DNA of 64,000 nucleotides from the NCBI GenBank assembly GCA_024233595.1, contig JACKPK010000001.1:267665-331664 (forward strand), in the 5' to 3' direction. Within the stretch, counting starts at the first letter, position 1. The number at the start of each line of letters is the position of its first letter. This document shows, piece after piece, positions 8,478-18,030 of the stretch. This DNA is from Deltaproteobacteria bacterium (GTDB taxonomy: Bacteria; UBA10199; JADGCS01). The position numbers and the translations under genes are program-made. A model generated the notes under the pieces. That model was not told where the DNA came from and did no database searches. It worked only from the letters and a program-made list of their open reading frames with translations.

Positions 8478-8750
8478 CTACCTCATGAATAAATCCGTAA
8501 TCTTAACTTTCAAGGCGCCTGATACTTAAACCAAAGTTTTGAGCGTCGCATTTTTTTGACCAAACTCTATAAACTGCCAATAACGCAACGATGTGCCAGC
8601 GCGATATACACACTCTTGTTGACTTAATTTTTTTGAAATTCTGATGCGCTTGATTTTTGAACCTAACTTCGTGGTCACGAGACAAAACCGAATATAGCGA
8701 AGATCCAAACGCAACCAATATATCTTGAGCAAATATTTTGGCAATATCAC
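8478..8750 (-). pseudogene. XRE-family helix-turn-helix regulator interrupted by in-frame TAA, abutting zorA
   Basis: Frame B reads 'KLGSKIKRIRISKKLSQQECVYRAGTSLRYWQFIEFGQKNATLKTLV*VSGALKVKITDLFMR*'. This matches the HTH_3 pattern (..glsq.e.a...g.s...is.iE.G.r.psl.tl.kia.aL.v...dLf) on both sides of the stop at 8526-8528. The restored frame ends at 8478, 2 nt before the zorA ATG. The true start is uncertain: GTG at 8678 is plausible, and the ORF-track ATG is at 8750. Confidence 0.55.
8717..8744 (-). promoter_or_regulatory. Candidate sigma70-type promoter for the HTH-zorABCD unit
   Basis: The minus strand reads TTGCCA (8739-8744), a 16-nt spacer, then TATATT (8717-8722). It sits upstream of the GTG at 8678. 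Sequence pattern only. Confidence 0.3.
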
Positions 8751-8830
8751 CAGTACCGATGATCTCCCTATTCAGCATACAAACCTTTTCTTTTTGGTAT
8801 TTAGAGTCGATTTGGCTAATAAATAAAGCT

Positions 8831-8864
8831 ATTCCAATTTTTTTAAAATCCTAAAAATTGGAAT
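8831..8864. repeat. Perfect 12-bp inverted repeat (ATTCCAATTTTT / AAAAATTGGAAT) with 10-nt spacer
   Basis: Read directly: 8831-8842 and 8853-8864 are exact reverse complements. The repeat lies in the AT-rich intergenic region between aguA and the HTH/zorA unit. Confidence 0.8.
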
Positions 8865-9120
8865 ATAAACTGAGCTAAAAACTCTTTTTATTTCAAAAAC
8901 CTAAAATCAACCTGCTCATAAAACCTATAGGCAATAACATCTGTCTAAATTTATCTACACAACTGTCCAAAATATTGGAAAGCAGTCCAGTATTTTTAAC
9001 ACTTTTAATCAATAAACTGCGCCTACTCTTTCCTTCTCGGCAAAGAGGCCAATATGTTGCGTCTTTTTAGAAATGATTAGAATTTATTTAGATTGATTTC
9101 AAAATTCGCCAGGAAATCCC

Positions 9121-10176
9121 CTACACCGCCGGAATTTGCTGACTCAGGCAATGCAAGCTCCCATACCCCAGAACCAGGTGAACCGCGTCGATCAACACGA
9201 CCTTATGGTTTGGCATGAGCTCTTGCAAAATGCTTTGTGCGATTTGATCTTGAGGGCAACCATACGAAGGCAAAAGCACCTTTTGGTTGGTGATCAAAAA
9301 ATTAGCGTAGCTTGCGGGCAAACGTTCACCATCGATCACAACAGGGTTTGGCATGGGCAAGCGCACCAAATGAAAAGGTCGTCCGTTTAGATCCCGTGCT
9401 TCTTTTAAACTTGTCTCCAATGTCTGAAGCGCTTTGTAGTTTTGATCAGAGGAGTCCTCTTCGTGAATGTAAACAATGGTGTTGGGGTTTACAAAACGAG
9501 CGGCGTCATCAACATGACCATTGGTGTCGTCACCTTGGATCTCACCATCGAGCCAAATGATTTTTTTAATACCAAGGTACTGGCTCAAAGTGGCTTCGAT
9601 TTCAGACGCCGTAAAATGAGCGTTTCTATTTTGATTGAGCAAACAATCTTTGGTGGTGAGCAAAATGCCCTCACCATTGGCATCAATCGATCCGCCTTCT
9701 AAAACAAAAGGGATCGAAAATTTTTCCTGGTCAAGCAATTGAGCGAGCTTGGGTGTGACTTGGTTATCGAGACTATAAGCGGCACTGTACTTGTCGCCCC
9801 AAGCGTTAAAGGTCCAATCCAAAAATAGGCGTTGCTTTTGATCGTGATTAAGCAAACTGATGGGACCATAGTCACGAATCCAAGAATCAAAATAAGGGAT
9901 TTGAAAAAACGTCACGCGATCAATTTGCACACCACCCAAAAGCAAACGGTTACGCACAAGCTGCTCTTGTTCAGAAGACTCCACCAACAACCACACATTT
10001 TGATGATCAGCTATTTCGCGAATAAAAGGGATAAAGCATTCCTGAGCCTCGGGCAAATGACCCGGCCAGGTGTCTGGGTTTTTAGGCCAAGCAAGCAAAA
10101 TGGCCTGCTGAGGATGCCATTCGGCAGGCAATGTGAATCCAGATTGTTTTAAGGATGGCAAATGATGGTGATACAC
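9121..10176 (-). CDS. aguA: Agmatine deiminase
   Basis: 351-aa ORF of the peptidyl-arginine/agmatine deiminase family. It has N-terminal 'PAEWHPQ', 'WIRDYGP', and the C-terminal catalytic Cys motif 'GYGSLHCLSQQIP'. It is adjacent to aguB. Confidence 0.85.
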   Translation of the reverse strand: MYHHHLPSLKQSGFTLPAEWHPQQAILLAWPKNPDTWPGHLPEAQECFIPFIREIADHQNVWLLVESSEQEQLVRNRLLLGGVQIDRVTFFQIPYFDSWIRDYGPISLLNHDQKQRLFLDWTFNAWGDKYSAAYSLDNQVTPKLAQLLDQEKFSIPFVLEGGSIDANGEGILLTTKDCLLNQNRNAHFTASEIEATLSQYLGIKKIIWLDGEIQGDDTNGHVDDAARFVNPNTIVYIHEEDSSDQNYKALQTLETSLKEARDLNGRPFHLVRLPMPNPVVIDGERLPASYANFLITNQKVLLPSYGCPQDQIAQSILQELMPNHKVVLIDAVHLVLGYGSLHCLSQQIPAV

Positions 10177-10194
10177 CCGTACCTCACGTTAGCG

Positions 10195-11076
10195 TCAATC
10201 TTGTCCAAAGCGCTTCAAAAGCCCGTCATAGGCATCAATGCGTCGATCCCGTAAAAAAGGCCAGCCACGACGATGCTCTTCGATGCGATTTAAATCGCAG
10301 CTCACAAGGATATTCTCTTCGTCGGTATGAGAAGCCTTGTGCACGATCTCACCAAAGGGATCTGCCACAAAAGAACCACCCCAGAATTCGATATTGCCCT
10401 CGCGCCCCACACGGTTCGGAGAAGCCACAAAAACCTCGTTAGCAATGGCATGACCAACCTGAACCCGCTGCCAGGCGTTGTATTGCTTGTCTCCGAAGAC
10501 TTTTTTGTCCTGTTCAAGCCAACCAATGGCTGTTGGATAGAAAATGATCTCAGCGCCTTGTAGAGCCGTTAAACGAGCACCCTCTGGAAACCACTGATCC
10601 CAGCAAATGAGCACCCCAATTTTAGCAAATTTAGTGTCAAAAACCTTAAAACCCATATCACCAGGGGTGAAATAGAATTTCTCGTAATAATTGGGGTCAT
10701 CGGGGATGTGCATTTTGCGGTACTTACCCAAATAAGAACCATCGGCATCAATAACAGCAGTGGTGTTGTGATAAAGTCCAGGGGCACGCTTTTCAAAGAG
10801 GCTTGCCACAATCACGACGCCCTCTTCTTTCGCCACAGCCTGTAAAATTTCGGTTGTGGGACCAGGGATCGCTTCAGCAAGGTCAAAAAGATCAGCGTCT
10901 TCCTTCTGGCAAAAATACAGATTATTAAAAAGCTCCTGAAAGCAAATGATTTGAGCGCCATCGGCCGCCAATTGGCGGCAATTTTTAATGGCCTTATCGA
11001 GATTGCCCTGTGTGTCACCAGAACAAGTCATTTGCACCAAGCCCAGTTTAACTTCTCGCGATTTGCCCATACGCAT
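10195..11076 (-). CDS. aguB: N-carbamoylputrescine amidase (CN-hydrolase/nitrilase family)
   Basis: 293-aa ORF with 'FQELF', 'KMHIPDDPNYYEKFYFTPGD' and 'IGVLICWDQWFPEGAR' (catalytic Cys), typical of N-carbamoylputrescine amidohydrolase. It is paired with aguA. Confidence 0.85.
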   Translation of the reverse strand: MRMGKSREVKLGLVQMTCSGDTQGNLDKAIKNCRQLAADGAQIICFQELFNNLYFCQKEDADLFDLAEAIPGPTTEILQAVAKEEGVVIVASLFEKRAPGLYHNTTAVIDADGSYLGKYRKMHIPDDPNYYEKFYFTPGDMGFKVFDTKFAKIGVLICWDQWFPEGARLTALQGAEIIFYPTAIGWLEQDKKVFGDKQYNAWQRVQVGHAIANEVFVASPNRVGREGNIEFWGGSFVADPFGEIVHKASHTDEENILVSCDLNRIEEHRRGWPFLRDRRIDAYDGLLKRFGQD

Positions 11077-11106
11077 CTCCTATGCGAATCTTATTAATAC
11101 GTTTTC

Positions 11107-11140
11107 AAAAAAAAAGCCAAAACGACATTCGCGTTTTGGC
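11107..11140 (-). terminator. Rho-independent terminator after rplQ
   Basis: The minus strand reads GCCAAAACG-CGAATGT-CGTTTTGGC followed by T9. It lies ~30 nt after the rplQ stop. Confidence 0.8.
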
Positions 11141-11170
11141 TTCTCGAAAAAATTCGATTTTAGGCTCACT

Positions 11171-11773
11171 TTATTTATCTGTAGCCTTTTTCTTAGCTGC
11201 CGCTTTCTTTTTTGGAGCTGCTTTCTTTGCTGTTGTTTTTTTAGCAGCAGCCTTTTTAGCTGGCTTCTTTTCAGCATCATCAGCTTTTTTAGCTTTTGTT
11301 GCTGTCTTAGCTTTCTTTTCTTCTTTTGCTGTTTCTTCAGATTTTTTAGCCGCTGGTTTCTTCTTAGGAGCCGCTTTTTTCTCAGCTACTTTTCCTTCAA
11401 CCTTAGCAGAAAGCAAATCTTCCTGAAGGTATTCAATGATAGCCATCTGAGCAGCATCACCAACACGGTGACCAAGCTTCATGATACGTGTGTAACCACC
11501 TTTGCGTGCTTCAAAAGAAGGAGCAATTTCAGCAAAAAGTTTTTGAACACCAGCTCGATTGCGAAGCAAATCGAATGCCTTACGGCGAGCGTGCAAGCTG
11601 TCTTCTTTACTGATAGTCACAAGCTTGTCGGCAAAACGACGAAGCTCTTTTGCTTTTTCCAAAGTTGTCTTGATACGACCATGCTCAATCAAAGAGCTAG
11701 CCATATTTCTAAGCATCGCTTTACGGTGAGAAGAAGTTCTTCCCAATTTGCGACCTTTTACCTGATGTCTCAT
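11171..11773 (-). CDS. rplQ: 50S ribosomal protein L17 with ~75-aa Lys/Ala-rich C-terminal extension
   Basis: The N-terminus '[37 protein letters not shown]' is canonical bL17. The ORF is 200 aa, and the tail is '[15 protein letters not shown]...[12 protein letters not shown]'. Confidence 0.95.
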   Translation of the reverse strand: MRHQVKGRKLGRTSSHRKAMLRNMASSLIEHGRIKTTLEKAKELRRFADKLVTISKEDSLHARRKAFDLLRNRAGVQKLFAEIAPSFEARKGGYTRIMKLGHRVGDAAQMAIIEYLQEDLLSAKVEGKVAEKKAAPKKKPAAKKSEETAKEEKKAKTATKAKKADDAEKKPAKKAAAKKTTAKKAAPKKKAAAKKKATDK

Positions 11774-11825
11774 AGTGATTCTCCAATGCAGAACTCATTG
11801 CCCTGCGAATAACGCCAACGCTTTC

Positions 11826-12866
11826 TTAGAAAGCATCTCCTTCAGGAGCTGGCTTTGGAGCTGCTACAGCAGCTTCATCGGGAAGATTCCAATTATCGAT
11901 CTTCATTCCCAAGCCAAGACCCATTTCTGTTAAAATTTCTTTGATCTCATTCAAAGATTTACGACCAAAGTTTTTGGTGCGAAGCATTTCCATTTCGGAT
12001 TTTTGCACCAATTCACCAATGTAACGAATGTCAGCATTTTGAAGACAGTTTGCTGAGCGAACAGAAAGCTCAAGCTCATCAACGCGACGGTTAAGGTTCT
12101 CGTTGATATTGCTTGTTTCCATGAACACAGGTGCTTCTTCAGGCTCTTCGAATTCGTCAAAGTTAATGAAAACTTGAATTTGATCTTTAAGAATTTTGGC
12201 TGCGTACGCCAAAGCATCTTCAGGGTTCACAGAACCATTTGTCCAAACTTCTAAGTTAAGACGATCGTAATCTGTTACTTGACCAACACGTGCGTTTGTC
12301 ACTGTGTAGTTAACACGAGTCACAGGAGCAAAGTGAGCATCAATGAACATGGTGCCAATAGGAGCTTCGGCTTTTTTGTTTTCGTCTGCCAAAACATAGC
12401 CCTTGCCCATTTCGACTTCGACTTCCATGTTGAGCTTGCCTTCGCTGCCCAAAGTCGCAATTTCTAAATCTGGGTTAAGGATCTCAACACGACCACCTGT
12501 ATCAAAATCACCTGCGCGAACAACACCAGCTTCAGAGACATTCAATGTCATTGTCGCGTGCTCAGCGTCCAAAAGTTTCAAACGAACTTTTTTAAGGTTC
12601 AAGATGATGTTGATCACATCTTCTTTAACGCCAGGGATTGTTGAAAATTCATGTTGCACGCCATCGATCTTTACAGATGTGATAGCAGCGCCTTGTAAAG
12701 AGCTTAGCAAAATACGACGAAGAGCATTACCAAGAGTTATGCCGAATCCACGCTCCAAAGGTTTTGCAATGAATTTTGCATAAGTGTCCGACTTATGATC
12801 TTTATCGATTTCGATAAATTTTGGTCGGATCAAACTTCTCCAGTTTTTATAAATCGGAATTGACAT
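11826..12866 (-). CDS. rpoA: DNA-directed RNA polymerase subunit alpha
   Basis: 346-aa ORF with '[17 protein letters not shown]' and the C-terminal domain '[24 protein letters not shown]'. It sits in the alpha-operon position. Confidence 0.97.
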   Translation of the reverse strand: MSIPIYKNWRSLIRPKFIEIDKDHKSDTYAKFIAKPLERGFGITLGNALRRILLSSLQGAAITSVKIDGVQHEFSTIPGVKEDVINIILNLKKVRLKLLDAEHATMTLNVSEAGVVRAGDFDTGGRVEILNPDLEIATLGSEGKLNMEVEVEMGKGYVLADENKKAEAPIGTMFIDAHFAPVTRVNYTVTNARVGQVTDYDRLNLEVWTNGSVNPEDALAYAAKILKDQIQVFINFDEFEEPEEAPVFMETSNINENLNRRVDELELSVRSANCLQNADIRYIGELVQKSEMEMLRTKNFGRKSLNEIKEILTEMGLGLGMKIDNWNLPDEAAVAAPKPAPEGDAF

Positions 12867-12894
12867 AATTTCCTCTTGTCCTTTTTTTTCAAAG

Positions 12895-13521
12895 TTATTT
12901 AGAAAACAATTCTACAACCAATTGCTCGTTCATTGGCATTGTGATCTGATTACGCACAGGCAACATTCTGATGGTTGCTTTCATTTCTGATTCTTCAAGA
13001 GCAATCCACTCAGGAACACCGCGACGCGCACTTGTCTGCACAACGTCTTTCATGTACTCTTTTGCTTTTGTTTTGTCGCGCATTGTGATGACATCGCCTT
13101 CTTTACAGAAATAAGAAGGACGATCAATCTTTTGGCCGTTCACCAAGTAATGTCCATGAGCAACCCAAACACGAGCTTCTGGACGAGAACGCGCCAAACC
13201 AGCACGGTAAACCATGTTGTCCAAACGAGACTCTAAAAGCTTAATGAGGTTCTCACCTGTCACACCTTTTTGGCGATCAGCTTCTTTAAAAATCTTACGG
13301 AATTGTTTTTCAAGCACACCATAGATACGCTTAATTTTTTGTTTCTCGCGCAACTGAGTACCATACTCAGAAAACTTTTGACGAGCTTGACCATGTTGCC
13401 CCGGGGGGTATGGTTTTCTTTCGAATGAATCTTTGTCTGTGAAGCTACGATCACCTTTTAATTGGAGATTGATGCCTTCACGTCGTGATAATTTTGTAAC
13501 GGGTCCAGTATACCTAGCCAT
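12895..13521 (-). CDS. rpsD: 30S ribosomal protein S4
   Basis: 208 aa, starting '[16 protein letters not shown]', in the alpha-operon order. Confidence 0.97.
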   Translation of the reverse strand: MARYTGPVTKLSRREGINLQLKGDRSFTDKDSFERKPYPPGQHGQARQKFSEYGTQLREKQKIKRIYGVLEKQFRKIFKEADRQKGVTGENLIKLLESRLDNMVYRAGLARSRPEARVWVAHGHYLVNGQKIDRPSYFCKEGDVITMRDKTKAKEYMKDVVQTSARRGVPEWIALEESEMKATIRMLPVRNQITMPMNEQLVVELFSK

Positions 13522-13533
13522 ATTCTTTTACTC

Positions 13534-13935
13534 CTACACTCGACGTTTCTTTGGTGGTCGACAACCGTTGTGAGGGATTGGTGTCACATCTTGGATCTGG
13601 TAAACAGACAATCCCGCGTTCCCTAATGCTTTTAGCGCAGTCTCACGACCCGCACCAGGTCCATTAACAAAAACCTGCACGCGCTTTAAACCATGTTCCA
13701 TTGCTTTTCTTGCAGCGTCTTCAGCAGCAATTTGAGCAGCAAATGGAGTCGATTTTTTTGACCCCTTAAAACCGTGAGCTCCAGCGCTTGACCAACTGAT
13801 CACACCACCAGTTGTGTCCGTTACACTCACGATTGTGTTGTTAAAAGATGCACGGATGTGCACAACACCATCTGATACATTCTTACGGGCTTTTTTCTTA
13901 CGCGTGCCCTTTTTACCTTTTTTATCATCTGCCAT
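13534..13935 (-). CDS. rpsK: 30S ribosomal protein S11
   Basis: 133 aa with '[16 protein letters not shown]' and '[18 protein letters not shown]'. Confidence 0.97.
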   Translation of the reverse strand: MADDKKGKKGTRKKKARKNVSDGVVHIRASFNNTIVSVTDTTGGVISWSSAGAHGFKGSKKSTPFAAQIAAEDAARKAMEHGLKRVQVFVNGPGAGRETALKALGNAGLSVYQIQDVTPIPHNGCRPPKKRRV

Positions 13936-14002
13936 AGATCTGTTTTCCGTCTTAAAAATTAAAAGCCTGACTATAAAAAATACTCAGACTAAAATTTAGA
14001 TG

Positions 14003-14386
14003 TTATTTTGCTGAGGGAGCCTTCTTCTTACCTGCAACTGTTTTACGACCACCCTTACGCGTACGAGCATTTGTACTAGTGCGTTGACCGCGAACAGGAA
14101 GGCCTTTACGGTGGCGAATACCACGGTAAGTTCCAAAGTCCATCAAACGCTTGATGTTTGTAGAAACTTCGCGACGTAGCTCACCTTCCACTGTGTACTC
14201 GTTTTCAAGCATGTTGCGGATTTTTGCTAAATCATCGTCGTTTAACTCGTCAGCTTTTAAAGTAGCATCGACATCGGCTTTTTTTACAATTTCCCAAGCC
14301 AATGTGCGCCCAACGCCATAAATATATTGAAGAGCGTATGGGATTTTTTTGTTTCCGGGGATGTTGACCCCTGCAATACGTGGCAT
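14003..14386 (-). CDS. rpsM: 30S ribosomal protein S13
   Basis: 127 aa with '[10 protein letters not shown]' and '[17 protein letters not shown]'. Confidence 0.97.
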   Translation of the reverse strand: MPRIAGVNIPGNKKIPYALQYIYGVGRTLAWEIVKKADVDATLKADELNDDDLAKIRNMLENEYTVEGELRREVSTNIKRLMDFGTYRGIRHRKGLPVRGQRTSTNARTRKGGRKTVAGKKKAPSAK

Positions 14387-14412
14387 TCTGATCTCCTATC
14401 GAATTCTAATTC

Positions 14413-14526
14413 TTAACCTTGGCGTTGCTTATGTCTTGGGTTTGAACAAATCACACGCACAATACCGCGACGCTTAATCACGCTACACTTTGCACAGATT
14501 TTTTTAACTGATGCGCGAACTTTCAT
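14413..14526 (-). CDS. rpmJ: 50S ribosomal protein L36
   Basis: Not in the ORF track (37 aa). Hand translation of the minus strand gives '[37 protein letters not shown]', lying between infA and rpsM. Confidence 0.93.
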   Translation of the reverse strand: MKVRASVKKICAKCSVIKRRGIVRVICSNPRHKQRQG

Positions 14527-14541
14527 AACAAATCCTTATCT

Positions 14542-14763
14542 TTATTTCTTTCCGCGGAAGACAATTCTTCCTCTGTTTAAATCGTAAGGAGATAATTCCA
14601 CCTTTACTTTATCTCCCGGTAAAATCTTGATGTAATGCATGCGCATTTTACCTGATATATGGGCCAAAATTTTATGTCCGTTAGGCAACTCAACTTTAAA
14701 CATAGCATTCGGCAAAGGCTCAACCACTGTGCCTTCTACTTCGATAACATCTTCTTTGGCCAT
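14542..14763 (-). CDS. infA: Translation initiation factor IF-1
   Basis: 73 aa: '[41 protein letters not shown]'. Confidence 0.97.
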   Translation of the reverse strand: MAKEDVIEVEGTVVEPLPNAMFKVELPNGHKILAHISGKMRMHYIKILPGDKVKVELSPYDLNRGRIVFRGKK

Positions 14764-14828
14764 ATTCCTCGATTCAATCCGATTAAACTGGGGCCGCCTA
14801 ATGCCACAGATTTTTTAATTGGACAACA

Positions 14829-15575
14829 CTAAATTTTCGTAATGATTTCAGGGCCTTTCTCGGTCATTGCGATGGTGTGCTCAAAGTGAGCCGCCTTTTT
14901 TCCATCTTTTGTGACCACAGTCCATCCATCTTGTAAAACTTCGACCTCGTGAGTGCCCAAATTAAACATCGGTTCAATGGCAATCACCATCCCCGTTTTG
15001 ATGCGAGCGCCCGTACCTGGCCTCCCAAAATTGGGGACCTGAGGCTCTTCATGCATCTTTCGGCCAATGCCATGCCCCACAAAATCTCTCACCACACCGT
15101 ACTCATAAGGTGTTGCAAAGCTTTCAATTGCGGCGCCAATATCTCCGATGCGATTCCCCAATTGAAAGGCCTCGATGCCTGTCATCAGAGCCTGACGAGT
15201 CCGGTCTATTAAATCTGTTTCTTCTTTTGAAACGGCACCAACCGCAAAACTTTTTGCATGATCAGCAACATAACCTTCAAAAGTCACCGCGCAATCAATG
15301 CCGATGATGTCACCATCATTGATCACTTTGGGTCCAGGGATCCCGTGCACAACCTCTTCGTTAATGGATGTGCACAATGATTTTGGGTAACCCTGGTAAC
15401 CAATAAAAGTTGGAACCGCACCAGCCTTACGAATGAGCTCTTCCGCCAAACGGTCCAAATCTCCAGTTGTGATTCCTGGCTTTAACTCTTCTTCTAAACG
15501 TAGCAAAACCTCGCCAACGATCTTGCCTGCTCGGCGCATGATCTCTATTTCTTGATTTGATTTAAGAAAAATCAC
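14829..15575 (-). CDS. map: Methionine aminopeptidase type I
   Basis: 248 aa with 'VHGIPG', 'DIIGIDC', 'FVGHGIG' and 'EHTI' metal-site motifs. Confidence 0.95.
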   Translation of the reverse strand: MIFLKSNQEIEIMRRAGKIVGEVLLRLEEELKPGITTGDLDRLAEELIRKAGAVPTFIGYQGYPKSLCTSINEEVVHGIPGPKVINDGDIIGIDCAVTFEGYVADHAKSFAVGAVSKEETDLIDRTRQALMTGIEAFQLGNRIGDIGAAIESFATPYEYGVVRDFVGHGIGRKMHEEPQVPNFGRPGTGARIKTGMVIAIEPMFNLGTHEVEVLQDGWTVVTKDGKKAAHFEHTIAMTEKGPEIITKI

Positions 15576-16221
15576 GCCGCAGATGGCAAAGAGCTTTTGA
15601 TGCGTTCAAAACATCATCAACTGATCCTTGACCTTCAACAGATATCAACGCACCCAAATTCGAATAATAATCAATGAGGGGTTGCGTTTGCTTTTTGTAA
15701 ACGTCCAAACGTTCTTTGATTGTTTCCGCTTGATCATCTTTACGCTGATACGTTTTGCCACCACATTTATCACAAACACCATCAACTGTTGTGGGTGAAA
15801 ACTCCACATGAAAACTAGCACCACAATCTGAACAAACACGTCTGCCACTTAATCTAGAAATGATAGCGGCATCATCTACAGAAAAAGAAATGACCTGATT
15901 GATCTGGCGCCCTAAACTCAATAGCATTTGCCCCAAAGCATCTGCTTGAGCTGTTGTGCGAGGAAACCCATCTAAAATAAATCCATTTTGACAGTCTGAT
16001 TCACGAAGTCGCTCTTCCACGATTCCAATAACAACTTCATCTGGAACAAGTTGACCTTGCACCATAAAACTTTCTGCTTTTTGACCCAAAGGAGTTTTGT
16101 TTTTTCTGGCTTCGCGCAAAATGTCGCCCGTAGAAATCTGAGGAATAGAGAACTCTTCAGACAAACGAGCTGCTTGCGTTCCTTTACCAGCTCCTGGAGG
16201 TCCTAAAAAAATCAAGTTCAT
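15562..16221 (-). CDS. adk: Adenylate kinase (Zn-lid form)
   Basis: 219 aa with the P-loop 'GPPGAGKGTQ' and lid cysteines 'CSDCG...CDKCGG'. It overlaps map by 14 nt. Confidence 0.95.
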   Translation of the reverse strand: MNLIFLGPPGAGKGTQAARLSEEFSIPQISTGDILREARKNKTPLGQKAESFMVQGQLVPDEVVIGIVEERLRESDCQNGFILDGFPRTTAQADALGQMLLSLGRQINQVISFSVDDAAIISRLSGRRVCSDCGASFHVEFSPTTVDGVCDKCGGKTYQRKDDQAETIKERLDVYKKQTQPLIDYYSNLGALISVEGQGSVDDVLNASKALCHLRRDFS

Positions 16222-17534
16222 GCGCGACGCCCCTTAAATCGTCCACCTTTTGGCCCAAGAAACCCTTCGTAGTTACGATTAATCAAATGAGATTCCATTT
16301 GAGCAACTGTATCCACAGCAACGCCCACAACGATCAGAACAGAGGTTCCGCCAAAGGTGTAAGCCAAGCTAGAAGGGATATTAAACTGACTGATTAAAAA
16401 CTGAGGCACCACACAGATCACGGCTAAATACAAAGCACCACCTAAAGTGATTTTGGTTAAAATGCTATCGAGGTAATCGCTTGTTGGTTTACCTGGACGA
16501 ATGCCAGGAATAAAACCGCCCTGCTTTTGCAAGTTCTCTGCAACATCGGCAGGATTAAAAGTAACCGCTGTGTAGAAATAAGTGAAAAAGATAATCGCAG
16601 CAACATACATGGTGTTAAAAAACCAACCTACTGTGAAAAAATTCACAACCTGCTGCAATTGATCAGAGGTCACAAAATTCGCAATTGTTGCCGGGAACAA
16701 AAGAATAGACGAAGCAAAAATTGGAGGAATCACACCAGCCATGTTGATCTTAAGTGGCAAGTGACTTGTTTGACCTTGCATCAAACGACGACCAACAACT
16801 CTTTTTGCGTAATGAATAGGAACCCGACGGTGGCAACGCTCAAAGAAAATCACTGCAGTGACAATGGCAAATAAGAACGCCAATAACATCGCAAAGCCAA
16901 AAACACCAAAGTACTCATCGCGGTTAAACCAGGCATCAACAAAACCCTTTGGAATGCGAGCAACGATACCAGCAAAAATCAATAAGGAAATACCATTACC
17001 AATGCCACGTTCCGTGATTTGTTCCCCCAACCACATAATAAAACAAGTACCAGCAGCAAGACTGATGATGGTTGTTAAAACAAAACGAGGTCCAGACATG
17101 TTCGCAAGAACATAACCTTGATTGAGCAAGCCGTAGCTAATCCCAAACCCTTGAACCAATGCCAAAGCAACCGTTCCGTAACGCGTCCATTGATTGATCT
17201 TGTTACGCCCAGCTTCGCCTTCTTCTTGAAGCTTTTTTAAAGCGGGAATGGAAACAGTTAAGAGCTGGAAAATAATGGAAGCACTAATATAAGGCATGAT
17301 GCCCAAAGCGAAAATCGAAAACTGCTCAAGCGCACCGCCTGAAAACAAGTTAACGATCTCAAAGATTGTGCCGCCAGACTGGCCACCAAAAAGGGCCTGC
17401 TGCAACTTGCCAACATCGATACCTGGAGTCGGTACAAAAACTCCAAAGCGATAAATGGCTAACATTACGAACGTAAAAACCAAACGCTTACGCAGGTCGG
17501 GTAACCTGGTAAGATTAGCAATTGAATTTGCCAA
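16218..17534 (-). CDS. secY: Preprotein translocase subunit SecY
   Basis: 438-aa polytopic membrane ORF in the spc-operon position. It overlaps adk by 4 nt. Confidence 0.96.
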   Translation of the reverse strand: MANSIANLTRLPDLRKRLVFTFVMLAIYRFGVFVPTPGIDVGKLQQALFGGQSGGTIFEIVNLFSGGALEQFSIFALGIMPYISASIIFQLLTVSIPALKKLQEEGEAGRNKINQWTRYGTVALALVQGFGISYGLLNQGYVLANMSGPRFVLTTIISLAAGTCFIMWLGEQITERGIGNGISLLIFAGIVARIPKGFVDAWFNRDEYFGVFGFAMLLAFLFAIVTAVIFFERCHRRVPIHYAKRVVGRRLMQGQTSHLPLKINMAGVIPPIFASSILLFPATIANFVTSDQLQQVVNFFTVGWFFNTMYVAAIIFFTYFYTAVTFNPADVAENLQKQGGFIPGIRPGKPTSDYLDSILTKITLGGALYLAVICVVPQFLISQFNIPSSLAYTFGGTSVLIVVGVAVDTVAQMESHLINRNYEGFLGPKGGRFKGRRA

Positions 17535-17545
17535 GATGAGCCCCC

Positions 17546-17986
17546 TTAGACAACTATGGCTTGACCACCTGCTTTTTCAATTTTTTCTTTAGCAGATTTT
17601 GAAAACTTTGCAGCCTTAATCGTCAAAGGAAAATCGATTTCACCATCACCCAAAATTTTAAGAGCAACGGCCGACTTCTTGATCAATTTTTTCTCTAGAA
17701 GAGCATCAATGGAGATTTCTTTTTGATCTTTAAAAGAAGCCAAATCGGAAACGTTTAAGACAACAAATGACTTTTGAAAGATGTTTGTGAAACCACGTTT
17801 AGGAAGACGTCTTGCCAACGGCATTTGACCGCCCTCAAAACCAACCTTGTGATAACCACCAGAACGAGCTTTTTGGCCTTTGTGTCCACGACCACTGGTT
17901 TTACCCAAGCCCGAAGACTCGCCTCGTCCTAATCTTTTTTTGCTTTTTGTAGCTCCTTTAGGAGCACGAATCGTGTTAAGCAACAT
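17546..17986 (-). CDS. rplO: 50S ribosomal protein L15
   Basis: 'MLLNTIRAPKGATKSKKRLGRG...'. I chose the ATG at 17986 (SD AGGAAGGA upstream) rather than the ORF-track start at 18016. Confidence 0.93.
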   Translation of the reverse strand: MLLNTIRAPKGATKSKKRLGRGESSGLGKTSGRGHKGQKARSGGYHKVGFEGGQMPLARRLPKRGFTNIFQKSFVVLNVSDLASFKDQKEISIDALLEKKLIKKSAVALKILGDGEIDFPLTIKAAKFSKSAKEKIEKAGGQAIVV

Positions 17987-18030
17987 TGTAAGATCCTTCC
18001 TGAGCAATAAAGGCAATCGCCCTTATGCTA

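Noticed and set aside
8503-8778. 91-aa ORF in the track upstream of zorA.
   Set aside because: It overlaps the frame that carries a clear XRE HTH match and has no recognisable features itself. It is most likely a spurious alternative frame.
10988-11812. 274-aa and 114-aa plus-strand ORFs, and a 66-aa minus-strand ORF, across rplQ.
   Set aside because: They are antisense or alternative-frame readings of the Lys/Ala-rich repeat of L17, giving low-complexity F/S/L/C strings. rplQ on the minus strand is unambiguous.
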